From: Phyllobates terribilis
Taxonomy: Eukaryota
Assembly: GCF_046119375.1 (NCBI RefSeq)
Contig: NW_027363092.1
Location: forward strand, 186,001-250,000
Length of the DNA: 64,000 nucleotides
Direction: 5' to 3'
The translations under genes were made by a program, and so were the position numbers. Positions 12,271 to 22,179 of this stretch are shown here, in pieces. The stretch's first letter is position 1, and every line of letters begins with the position of its first letter. Under the pieces are notes generated by a model, which saw only the letters and a program-made list of their open reading frames with translations, was not told where the DNA came from and did not search any database.

Positions 12271-14072
12271 TTGGACCCTGATAGAGAAGGTTTCTGATTG
12301 CTGGTAGAATGAGGGGTCCCTCTATGCTTAAATTGTTTAGTGCACTGAACCAACTTATTTTGGGCCAAAGCGGGGCTATCAAGATTATCTTTACCTCCTC
12401 GGTCCTTACTTTCTGAAAGGTTCTGGGTAGCAATGGAATTAGGGGAAAGGCGTAAGCCAGATGGAAACGCCATGGGTGAGCGAATGCATCTATCCCCAGG
12501 CATGCGTCGTCTGAATCTAGGGAGAAGTATTTTTTTGCCTTGGTGTTCTGGCGTCTTGCAAAGAGGTCCACCTCCGGACGACCCCATCGTTTGGTCAGCA
12601 TGTGGAAAATGTCTCAGTCCAGCTCCCATTCTCCCGGATGCATATTCCTTCTGCTCAGAAAGTCGGCCTGGGTGTTGTCTGAGCCTTTTTATGTGCAACC
12701 CTGATAAGGAACGAAGATGTCCTTCTGCCCAGAAGAATATTCTTGCCGAGATACTCTTTAGATTCTAGTACCTTGTGCTCCCTTGATGAGATAGATGAGC
12801 TACGGTAGTCATGTTGTCTGAGTAGACTTTTACGTGTTTGCCCGTAATGATTGGAGCCCATATTTCGAGCGCTTCCTCCACTGCCTTTAATTTGCGGAAG
12901 TTGGAGGATTTCTTGCTGGTTTCTTTTGTCCAGACCCCTGAAGGGGGTTTGAGCAACAACGGCTCCCCATCCTGTTTTGCTGGCATCTACCGTGACTGTT
13001 ACCAGAGGGAACTGAGACCATGGAACCCCTATTCATAGGATCCTTGGGTAGAGCCACCATGATAGGGATGTCTTCACATAATGAGGGATCATGATCTTCC
13101 TGTCTAGTGAGTTTGGGGATCCGTCCCACTGTGCAAGAATATGAGTCTGCAAAACTCTGGTGTGAGCCTGAGCCCAGGCTACAGATTGAATGCAGGCTGT
13201 CATGGAGCCGAGGGTTGACATGACAGACCTTAGGGACACTCTGTTCAGGGTCTTTAGATTCGATATCTTGGATCTCAAGAGTATCTGTTTGTCCTTTGGT
13301 AGGAAGGAGGTCTGGCGGAATCTAGTAGAACCCCCAGGAACGTTTTTTCTGTGGCAGGGACCAGGTCTGACTTTTGATGATGATTTATCAACCACCCTAG
13401 GGTGGTCAGGATCTGGATTGTTCTTTGCAGATCTGCCTGGAGTGATTCTACTGAGGGACTTACTAGTAAGAAGTCGTCGAGGTAGGGAATGATGTAGATT
13501 TTCTCTTTCCTGATTGAAGCCACTACTTCTGACATAATTTTGGTGAATATTCTTGGTGCTGAAGATATCCAGAACGGCAATACGTTGAATTGGAAGTGTA
13601 ATGTCTGATCCTCTTGAACCACTGTAAACCTTAGAAATTTTAGATATGTTGGATGTATAGGGACGTGATAGTATGCGTCCTGTAAGTCTATGGTTGCCAT
13701 CACATACCCCTGCCCTATTAAGGGAACTGCTGATTTGATGGACTCCATCTTGAATCTTCGGTAGACAATGTACTGGTTTAAGGGTTTCAGATATATTATT
13801 ATTCTGTATGTGCCGTTTGGTTTCTTTATCATAAACAGGCGTGAATAGTGACCTGTGTATCTTTCTGTTTTTCGAACTGGTGAAATAGCCCCCAAGGATA
13901 GTAGGTCTTTTAGGCCGGACATCAGAGCGATTTTTAATCTTGTAGAGTTTAGATGAGTTATCCTTACTCTTCTGGGAGGATATGAGGAGAATTCGATCTT
14001 TACCCCTTCTTGAATTACATTTAAGACCCACCGATTGGAGCAGATCTTTTGCCATTGGGGAAGGTATTTCAT
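12209..14072 (-). pseudogene. pol: DIRS-A RT / RNase H / methyltransferase-like ORF (frameshifted)
   Basis: IDLQDAYYHVPI, LPFWISSAPRIF, YLDDFLL (RT); SDNMTTVAHLSHQG (RH); VDLFA...AYAFP...APLWP (MT-like). Confidence 0.95.
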
Positions 14073-15460
14073 GATTCGTCACCGCTTCTGTTGTCGTTGT
14101 CCTTTTGGGGAAAAAATATTCCTATCTTTACCCCCTTTGGGGTAGCTCCATCAACCGGACTTGCTCTTCCCGTTGTATTGGGGATTCTGTTCCTGAGGGT
14201 GGCGAAAGGGGGTCTTCTTATAGTGTCTAGGTTCAGGCAAGGATTTCTTTTTGTCAGCCTCCTTTTCCAGGAGGTCGTCAAGGGCCTGGCCAAACATATA
14301 TTCTCCCTTGAAGGGAATAGAACAAAGTTTTATTTTAGAGGCCACATCACCGCTACACGATTTCAGCCATAGTGCTCACCTTGTGGCGTTTGATAGGACT
14401 GCTGCCCTGGCGGTTACCCTCACGGATTCTGCTGAAGCGTCTGCCAGGAAGTCAGTGGCTTTCTGCAGTAAAGGTAGGGAAGCTTGTATCTCCTCTCTGG
14501 ATGTGCCCATAGCCAGGTGTTCTTCAAGCTGGTTGAGCCATCTTGACATGGACCGTGCAACACATGTGAAGACTACATTTGTGTTCATAAGGACTGCTGA
14601 TGTTTCCCAGGATTTCTTGAGAAGGCTGTCCATCTTACGGTCCAGAGGATCTTTTAGTTGAGAGGAATCTTCGAATGGCAATACTGTTTTTTTAGCTACT
14701 CTTGCCACTTGAATGTCGACCTTGGGTATCTTTGTCCAACATTTTGTGGTTTCTTCATCTACGGGAAACCTATTTTTCATTTCCGCTGGTGTATTCAGCC
14801 GTCTTTCAGGGTTTTCCCATTCGTCCAGGATTAGATCCTGAATGTTTTTATGTATCGGGAACACCATCCTTTTCTTTGAACGGAGACCACCGAACATCTC
14901 TTCCTGGACTGATCTAGTGGGCTTCTCTTCTTCCACTTCCATCTTTCTTCTTACTGCTGAGAGGAGGTCTTCCATAAATTCCATTGAAAAATAATATTTC
15001 TTATTTTCCGGACCTTCCTCTGCTGAACTAAGTTCACCTTCCTTTGTAGGGTCTTCTGGAAGGAATGTCTCGTCCTGGGAGTCCGAGTCTCCTTTTTCTT
15101 CCAGGGAAATTTTCCTCTTTTTTGCCTTTGGAGGCGAATCAGAAGTGGATCGGGAAAAGGAGGCCAATGAAGACTGAATCTCCTGCTGGACTATCCCTTT
15201 GATTTCGTCCATAAGGGACGGCTGCTCTTCCCTCATAATCTTTTCTGTGCATTTCTGGCATAAATATTTTTTGCTGGAAGAAGACAGTTTTTTTGAACAT
15301 ATAGCACACTTCCGGCTAGATTTATTTCCTGGTGCAGGATCCTTGTCCCCCTAAAAAAGAGGGAGAAGGGTAATTAAATATTAATTCTAACCTGCACCTA
15401 GGAAAGGACCCCCAGTGCCAGACTTACTGGGACTGGAATCGTGCTGGGCTCCGCAGACAT
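14069..15460 (-). pseudogene. gag: DIRS-A gag, spliced model: exon 15460-15428, intron 15427-15351, exon from 15350; one late frameshift near 14376
   Basis: MSAEPSTIPVP|gtaagt...ttttttag|GDKDPAPGNKSSRKCAIC-x12-CQKC joins in frame with the 14376..15236 ORF. Confidence 0.8.
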
Positions 15461-15539
15461 GGCAAAGATAGACTTCTGACATCCAATGTAGCAAACAAAT
15501 GGATTAGGTCCTACCTTAGCTGTCTTTAGTCCAGGGCTG

Positions 15540-15546
15540 TTATATA
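15540..15546 (-). promoter_or_regulatory. Putative internal TATA box upstream of DIRS-A gag exon 1
   Basis: TATATAA ~80 nt before the ATG; equivalent boxes in C (29658), H (52667), E (45228). Confidence 0.5.
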
Positions 15547-16721
15547 GGCGACTGGACTCAGCGCTCCTTCCCTTCCCTGGGGAGGGGAGTGGTGTAGCTC
15601 CTCCCCCTGGGTCCAATTTGGTGAAGCAGGAACACCTGCGGGGTTATTCATTTATTTCCCCCTTTCTCTTTTTTTGAACAGATCGGAAGTGACGTCAGGG
15701 ACCCATTTCCGGTGTCACACGCAACTTTCCGGCCGCTTTGTTTTTTTGCTTTCCAGGGTGGAACGCATACCGGAAGTGACGTTCCCGGCGGTCCGTGTCA
15801 CTTCCAGGATTCCACACGTGGCGCTCCGTTACGGAGACCGCTGGAGGCCGCTTAGAGGGGGGAGAGGAGCGGGGCTGGAGAGCTCGAGGAGGCCTCCAGC
15901 CCGACACCCACCGGACCTTACCCGCAGGCGCGGACACGGTGGGGACAGGAGTCCCGAGTCCCAGAGGAGACGGGAGCAGCATCAGGGAAGGAGGAGAAAA
16001 CTGCCCGGTCCCAGCTGCCCGGCTTTAACAGGTATGTCAGGTGTCTGCCGCCGGCACAGAGCACCCTGGATGACCTCTTCATCCCAATAGGGACAGGAAA
16101 AAACACTGGAGGGAGGATGAGGGAGGAGCTATTTAACCTCTTTGTGTTTCCTGTCCCTATTAGGGTGGGGTGACATCCTCCTTTGGTGCTGTCGTGGGGT
16201 TATTGGAGAAAAAGAATTTAAAATAAAAAATAAACATTATACTCACTCGCCTTCCGATGTCCCCCGGTCTCTTCTACGGCTTGCGGTGGTCTAAAAGGAC
16301 CTTCCATGACGTCATTTAGTCATGTGACATCGGCGGTCGCGTGACCTGCCACATGACTAAATGACGTCATGAAAGGTCCTTTTAGACCATCACGAGCCGT
16401 ACAGGAGACCGGGGGCCATCGGAAGGTGAGTATAATGTTTATTTTTTACCATTTTTATTCTTTTTTTAACTATTAACTTCATGCCGGTTGCATGGATTTA
16501 TATAGTGTGACCAAGTTGTCAAGCACTTTTCCAAGTGATACTAAAATCGCTTGCAAAGCGCTTGTCAACCCGCATGCGGAAATGCATGCAAAAACGCTTG
16601 ACAAACGCTTCTACCTGACAGGAAAAACGCATGTACAATCCGCATGCATTTTTCCTGCCAGGGAGATGTGGAAAAAATCTGCAGCATTTCTGCATCGTGG
16701 GCACATAGCCTAACATCTCAT

Positions 16722-16883
16722 TTATTGTTTAATGTCCAGATCTATTGAACACAATGGAGAATCGGGATGGATACGAAGACTCTGGGTTCCAGCAGCCAAC
16801 AGGTCTGTGATCCACTCTTGGTACACTTTCCTTGTTTTTTGCTCATGTAGACTTATAAAATCTGGTATTACTCTTTTCAGAAA
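16722..16883 (-). other. Candidate terminal coding exon (53 aa FLKRVIPDF...DLDIKQ*)
   Basis: cttaac...gacag| acceptor-like site, open frame to TAA overlapping AATAAA; no homolog recognised. Confidence 0.25.
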
Positions 16884-17039
16884 CTGTCATGGGAGCAGTT
16901 AAGCTTAAGCATGGCAGCAGTTCTTCCTACAGTGAGTGGCAGACTCCTCAAATGTCAGTAAAACCTCTCAGAACTTTTGCATCTGATGTAACCCAGATAG
17001 AATCAAGTCTTCCTGAGGGAGTTTCTGAACAAGCTGATG
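16881..17039 (+). other. Candidate internal coding exon, 159 nt, phase 1-1
   Basis: ctcttttcag| acceptor, G|GTGAGT donor, open frame TVMGAVKLKHGSSSSYSEWQTPQMSVKP...EQAD in the only non-repetitive-looking island. Confidence 0.4.
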
Positions 17040-17896
17040 GTGAGTTATAATGTAAAATCTCTTAATGGGAAAGTCCCAATTGGAAAACCTCTGTTCTTAT
17101 GTCCCTCTGTTCAGAACACCCCATCCACTGTTAGCCATAGCAGAGAACCACTGCAAATAGTGGTTACATCTCTGGTAGACTTGGCTCTTCCATATATGTA
17201 ATGAGCGTCAATTTTAAAGCAACACTCCAGCTTGTTTTTTCTTATTTCAGCACTGGAGTGGTGCCACTAACATAAGTTTCCTGACCCTACTATTATACTT
17301 ACCAGCTGCTATCTTCAGCCTTCCCGGCTCTGGCCCTGATCTGCCATCTTGTGACTGCAACTTCTGACTGACTGAAAGGCCGAGGTAACGGTCACCTGCT
17401 CTCCGTGTAAGTCTGAGTGCCTCGTTCTGTAAAGAGAGGAGAGAACAAGGCGCAATGGGTGACTCAGTATTGCAATTGTTAGAGGGGTGTGAGGATGGCT
17501 ACTAACCTTATGAAGTTGTGCACCTCTGCACAACCCCAGTGTAAAGCTCCACAAGCTCCGCTCTGTTGGTGGCTGTCATCTATTTCCAGCGGCGTTCACA
17601 GATCCTGATCTCACGGTGGTGGATCACGTGGTCAGGTTAGTTGCATGTAACGCCGAGATGGACGCCCAGCTTCACCAACACCCCAGGCAGCGCTCCGGAG
17701 GGGTTAGGGCAGCGCAGCTTGGAAAACCTGGGTAGTGATTCTAATTAAATTCCTCCCACAGGTGAAAGAGCAATAAATTAAAGGCAGCTCTACCGCACCC
17801 CAACAGGGGGAAAAAGGACAATAAATGGATATGAATAGCGGTACCAGAGCGCCAATAACAGGGCAAAAATATTAAAAGGACTGATTTATTAATATA

Positions 17897-17940
17897 CACA
17901 CAACGCGTTTCGGTGGACACAGCCACCTTCATCAGGTGTG
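17897..17940 (-). ncRNA. Minimal hammerhead ribozyme (3' pLTR)
   Basis: cacac-CTGATGA-a-ggtgg(ctgtgt)ccacc-GAAA-cgcg-tt-gtgtg. Confidence 0.85.
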
Positions 17941-18508
17941 ACAAGCAGCAAACAATTGATCCTTATATACATTTGACTAGGTATACAATTACTTAAAAGG
18001 GGCGGGGCCAGATACAGAGTAATACCTCTATATTAACCCCTTGAGTTCATATATGCTCAATAGAGTAAAAAGGATTGTTATAAAATAATGCCTAATGAAG
18101 CATATAGGGTTCTTATAAAAAGGATTCGCTGTAAAAAAACAACAACTTGTGAATCCTATAATCTTAATACTTCATAGAATATATTGTCATCTACCACCCT
18201 ATATTTTAGATTATATAAAAAAATAATAATAATTTTTACATACAACATAAAACAATGCATAAATATAAAGTATAAAATTACAATCAGTTTCTATCATTAT
18301 AATTAGGAAAAGTAGACGAAGAAAGGAAAGAGAAAAAAAAAAGAGAGAAAAAAAAAATAAAAAAAAAAAAAAAAAAATAAAAAATTTTTCTTTAAATTTT
18401 TTCTCCCTTCTCTCTCTCTCCTCCCTCCTCCCCTCCCTCTCTCTCTCCTCCCCCTCCTCCATATAAAAGATATATATAATAAATTTGCTAAAATATGAAA
18501 ACAATTAT

Positions 18509-21016
18509 TTAAAAAGTTGTCTTCTCTATATTAAGGTTCAAACCTTCAGGAGACAAGGTTCCCATTTTGAAAATCCAATAATTTTCACGTGTAATGAGAC
18601 AATTTAGTCTATCAGGGTGTGTATCAACTATATGATCAATGATAGTTAGTTTTAGGTTATTAGGATTTTTTTGATGTTCTTTTAAGAAATGATTAGAAAC
18701 ACTATGTAGGGGAAAGCCGTTTCTAATATTTTGGCGATGTTTATTTAATCTGGAGTGCATTTCCTGGATAGTGCGGCCAATGTATTGCAGGCCGCAGGTG
18801 CACTGGAGCAGATATATCACATATGAGGACTGACATGTAAGTCTAAAGCGAATGGGATATATCTCTCCAGTGACCGCAGAGACGAATGTTTTGGCTCCGT
18901 TATCAATGGATTGACAGCATAAGCATTTAGGGACATTACATTTATAACATCCATTATTGCTAATAGGAACTGAATGGTTCGGTCTTCTACCAATTGTTGT
19001 ATTGCTAGGGGCTATATAGTTTCCTAGATTTTTACTCCTCCGATATATGACATGAGGAAATTCCGGTAAATGACCAGTTAATATTGGATCATTACTTAAA
19101 ATGAACCAGTATTTTTTTAATAAACTGGATAACACTTGCGTAGGTTTACCATAGGTAGTAATCAGATTTAAACTGAAATCGCTGTATGGCTCTTGGCTGG
19201 TATTCTTGGATTTGTTGATACACAGGTTCTGTGATAGGGATCTAGTTTTGGAGAAAGCATCCTCTAATAATTTCCGGGGGTATCCCTTAGCTCTAAAACG
19301 TTTTTGTAAAACCTTAGATTCCAGAAAAAAATCCGAATCATGTGTACAATTTTTTCTGACACGCCAATATTGACCGTATGGAATATTTCTAATCCAGCTG
19401 GGTAGATGGCCACTGTCAAATTCAAGATAGCTATTTACATCCACTTCCTTAAAGTGGGTAGATGTGGATATTTTACCCGAATTGTCTATATTTATCTGAA
19501 GGTCAAGATATTGAATATTACTCTCAGATATGGTAGAGGTAAAGGAAAGACCCCAGTCGTTAGAGTTTAATTCATCAATAAATTTGGCAGCCTCCACAGT
19601 ATTTCCCCTCCATATAATAAACAGATCGTCTATAAAGCGGCGGTACATAACGATGGATTTATCGGCGCCGAGGGATTGCGCGATGTGGATAGACTCGAAT
19701 GCCCCCATATATAGATTTGCATAACTGGGGGCAAACCTCGTCCCCATCGCGCAGCCCCTCAGCTGCCGATACATCACCCCCTCAAAAGAAAATACATTGT
19801 TCTCAAGAATGAAAGTTATACCCCTCAATAAAAAGTTTTTTTGAGGATCTTGTAAGTTAGGGTCCTCATCTAAGAATTTTTTAATTGCCTGTAAACCCAA
19901 TACATGTGTGATATTGGAATAAAGAGAGCTTATATCGAGTGTAATAAGAAGACAGCCTGGAAGAGGGGGTAATTCTCTCAATAGTCTAATTAAATGTGTG
20001 GAATCCTTTAAATGAGAATCTAGGGATAAAACGTACTTCTGTAAAAAAAGATCAATATAGTGGGATAAGTTGGATGTGATAGAATTAATACCAGAAATAA
20101 TAGGACGTCCAGGGGGATTAAATTTATCTTTATGAATTTTGGGTAAAAAATAAAAATAAGGGACTTTGAATTTTTTAATGTCTAAAAAGGATTTTTCTTT
20201 TTTATTGAGGAAGCCAGCTGTAGAGGCCCCTGCTACAAGTCCTTTGTACTCCAAAAAAATGGTTACAGATGGGTCTGCTTCTAATTTCACGTAGTAGTTT
20301 GAGTCGTCTAAGATTCTGAGGCCCTCCTTGATGTACCAGCCTCTGTTCATTATCACAGTCCCCCCTCCCTTATCTGCTCTCTTTATAATTATTTCTTTAT
20401 TATCCTGAAGGGTTTTTAATGCACATTTCTCCTGGTAGCTCAAGTTATTCACTTTTTTAGAAATTGGGGGGAATGTCCTAAGGTCCCTCAAAATTAATTG
20501 TTGGAAAGTTTCAAGGTGTGAACCTTTGTGATGTAATGGATAGAAATTATTTTTCCCCTTCACATTTACATGAGTGAAAGGGTCCAGTAATGGGGGGCCT
20601 GGTATATTAGATTCTTGAATGGAGGGGGATACTGTTGAGCATGAACTAATAGGATGTGATTTTCTCTTATCTTCCAATAGAAAATGTCTTTTTAGTGTCA
20701 ATTTCCTTATAAATTCATTTAAATCACAGAACAAAGTGAAATTATTAAATGGGACAGCTGGACAGAAAGATAATCCTCGACCTAACAAGGATCGTTCAGC
20801 TTCAGATAGCACATAGCTAGAAATATTAAAAATGCCCCCACAACCGATAGGGGTTTCTATCTGCAGGGAATTTGTATTCTGGTTCATTGGCAAGATTTCA
20901 TTTTCTTTATATTTGGATTGTGTCTCAATTTCGGCATTTGGACTATTTTTGTTATTGAGGCCTCGGGTTTTTCCACTCCCTCTACATCCCCTAAATTTCT
21001 TTTTCGTTTTGGACAA
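18509..21016 (-). CDS. Penelope RT + Cys-rich linker + GIY-YIG endonuclease, 835 aa, uninterrupted
   Basis: ADKGG, LPKIHK...PGRPIIS, GCAMGTRFAPSYANLYM, RRFIDD; CYKC..C..C linker; VIYLLQCTCGLQYIGRT. Confidence 0.95.
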   Translation of the reverse strand: MSKTKKKFRGCRGSGKTRGLNNKNSPNAEIETQSKYKENEILPMNQNTNSLQIETPIGCGGIFNISSYVLSEAERSLLGRGLSFCPAVPFNNFTLFCDLNEFIRKLTLKRHFLLEDKRKSHPISSCSTVSPSIQESNIPGPPLLDPFTHVNVKGKNNFYPLHHKGSHLETFQQLILRDLRTFPPISKKVNNLSYQEKCALKTLQDNKEIIIKRADKGGGTVIMNRGWYIKEGLRILDDSNYYVKLEADPSVTIFLEYKGLVAGASTAGFLNKKEKSFLDIKKFKVPYFYFLPKIHKDKFNPPGRPIISGINSITSNLSHYIDLFLQKYVLSLDSHLKDSTHLIRLLRELPPLPGCLLITLDISSLYSNITHVLGLQAIKKFLDEDPNLQDPQKNFLLRGITFILENNVFSFEGVMYRQLRGCAMGTRFAPSYANLYMGAFESIHIAQSLGADKSIVMYRRFIDDLFIIWRGNTVEAAKFIDELNSNDWGLSFTSTISESNIQYLDLQINIDNSGKISTSTHFKEVDVNSYLEFDSGHLPSWIRNIPYGQYWRVRKNCTHDSDFFLESKVLQKRFRAKGYPRKLLEDAFSKTRSLSQNLCINKSKNTSQEPYSDFSLNLITTYGKPTQVLSSLLKKYWFILSNDPILTGHLPEFPHVIYRRSKNLGNYIAPSNTTIGRRPNHSVPISNNGCYKCNVPKCLCCQSIDNGAKTFVSAVTGEIYPIRFRLTCQSSYVIYLLQCTCGLQYIGRTIQEMHSRLNKHRQNIRNGFPLHSVSNHFLKEHQKNPNNLKLTIIDHIVDTHPDRLNCLITRENYWIFKMGTLSPEGLNLNIEKTTF

Positions 21017-22053
21017 CGTCCGGGGACCACGTGAAAAAAATGTGTAATTTTCGTTTTATTAGTTTGGGATGCAACTGCATTCTGTGTTTGAGGATTTATC
21101 AAGATACTATTTTCATTCAAAATCGGAGATAATTCCAAGGATGTCATTCTGTTTATAGGGGGTTTTATGTGGTTTATACCATTTGTTTTATCAGAAGGTC
21201 TCCCTTGATTTAAAATATTCAGTGTATCCGCTATCGGGATCTGACCAGATGACTCCCCAGCAATAGGAGTCTGTGTTGCACTAGAAAGCTCTGAGATATT
21301 AGATCCACTATGGGATATCTCCTGTGTGTTAATATGTAATGTGAAGTTCAGTTCATCAATATCTGCTACTTGTGTGGAAATAGTAGACGGATTAGCAATA
21401 AATTCTACATCTGCTGCTTGTGTGGATAAAATAGGTGGATCAGTAATCAGTATGGAGGGAGGAGTAATTTCCATACACATTCCCTCTATTATAAGGTCAT
21501 TATTTTTTTCCAAATTAGAATTAAATGCAGTATTTTTCTTGTAATTATTGTTAATGGATAACTTCTTTTTATGAGTCTCATATATTGCTTGTTGTTTTTT
21601 ATTCATAAAAAACTGTTTTTGAAAACTATTCACTTGTTTTGTATGGTTATCAGGATCATTGCTTAGAATAGGGGATGATGGATTATCCCTAGTTGTTCTC
21701 TGTATAGAGATGATGGGAACAGGTGAAATTTGAAGTGGTGATTGGATTTTTTCTTTTTTAGAGTCTTTTATATCTCTTTCATATTTTTTGGCTTTTTTAT
21801 TTATTAAATCATTTTCAAACTTAGCCAGTCTTAGTTTTACCTCATTATCTGTGGCAAAATATTCCGCAGATGAAGAAAAGAACTCCAAATCCCCTTTAAT
21901 TTTAGCTATTGTTTCTAAAGCATGCATAGCCAGAGTATTCCTTTTATCAATCAACAATCTGATCAGTGTTGTTGAGCAATCAGAAATACACCTGTCCCAT
22001 CTTTCAGTAAAAACAATATCCTGAGGAAAGGATGAATTGAGATTCATTCTCAA
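20884..22053 (-). CDS. Penelope upstream ORF (389 aa from first Met; 5'-truncated), overlaps RT ORF by 133 nt
   Basis: Open frame extends upstream as FLEHYIKDNIIPKGLR (PLE N-terminal IPKGL motif), followed by a helical region and low-complexity tail. Confidence 0.7.
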   Translation of the reverse strand: MRMNLNSSFPQDIVFTERWDRCISDCSTTLIRLLIDKRNTLAMHALETIAKIKGDLEFFSSSAEYFATDNEVKLRLAKFENDLINKKAKKYERDIKDSKKEKIQSPLQISPVPIISIQRTTRDNPSSPILSNDPDNHTKQVNSFQKQFFMNKKQQAIYETHKKKLSINNNYKKNTAFNSNLEKNNDLIIEGMCMEITPPSILITDPPILSTQAADVEFIANPSTISTQVADIDELNFTLHINTQEISHSGSNISELSSATQTPIAGESSGQIPIADTLNILNQGRPSDKTNGINHIKPPINRMTSLELSPILNENSILINPQTQNAVASQTNKTKITHFFHVVPGRCPKRKRNLGDVEGVEKPEASITKIVQMPKLRHNPNIKKMKSCQ

Positions 22054-22135
22054 TCCCTTGGGTATTATGTTATCCTTAATGTAATGTTCTAAAAACTAGT
22101 CAAATGTATATAAGGATCAATTGTTTGCTGCTTGT

Positions 22136-22179
22136 CACACCTGATGAAGGTGGCTGTGTCCACCGAAACGCGTTGTGTG
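22136..22179 (+). ncRNA. Minimal hammerhead ribozyme (inverted 5' pLTR), identical to the 17897 copy
   Basis: CTGATGA 22141-22147, stem II ggtgg/ccacc, GAAA 22165-22168, palindromic ACGCGT stem III. Confidence 0.85.

Larger units (their letters stand above)
10034..16213 (-). mobile_element. DIRS1-type YR retrotransposon, copy A (near full length, disabled)
   Basis: Inverted terminal repeats (10034-10175 vs 16108-16213), ICR at 10260-10345 reproducing the end-to-end junction, gag-RT/RH/MT-YR order. Confidence 0.95.
9694..16710 (+). mobile_element. Harbinger-like MITE (9694-10033 + 16214-16710) split by DIRS-A
   Basis: TTA|ggctgcatgcccac ... gtgggcacatagcc|TAA; the two halves concatenate to match the intact copy at 46929-47719 across the acctgt-A-tract. 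Confidence 0.85.

Noticed and set aside
12209-12601. Restriction-modification methyltransferase
   Set aside because: This is the MT-like domain that is a standard part of DIRS1 ORF2 and recurs in copies C, G and H.
18211-18504. 97-aa Glu/Phe-rich membrane protein
   Set aside because: Translation of poly-purine and poly-A/T low-complexity sequence in the PLE 3' region.
18509-18900. Homing endonuclease of a group I intron
   Set aside because: The GIY-YIG domain is fused to a Penelope-type RT with pLTRs and a TSD.
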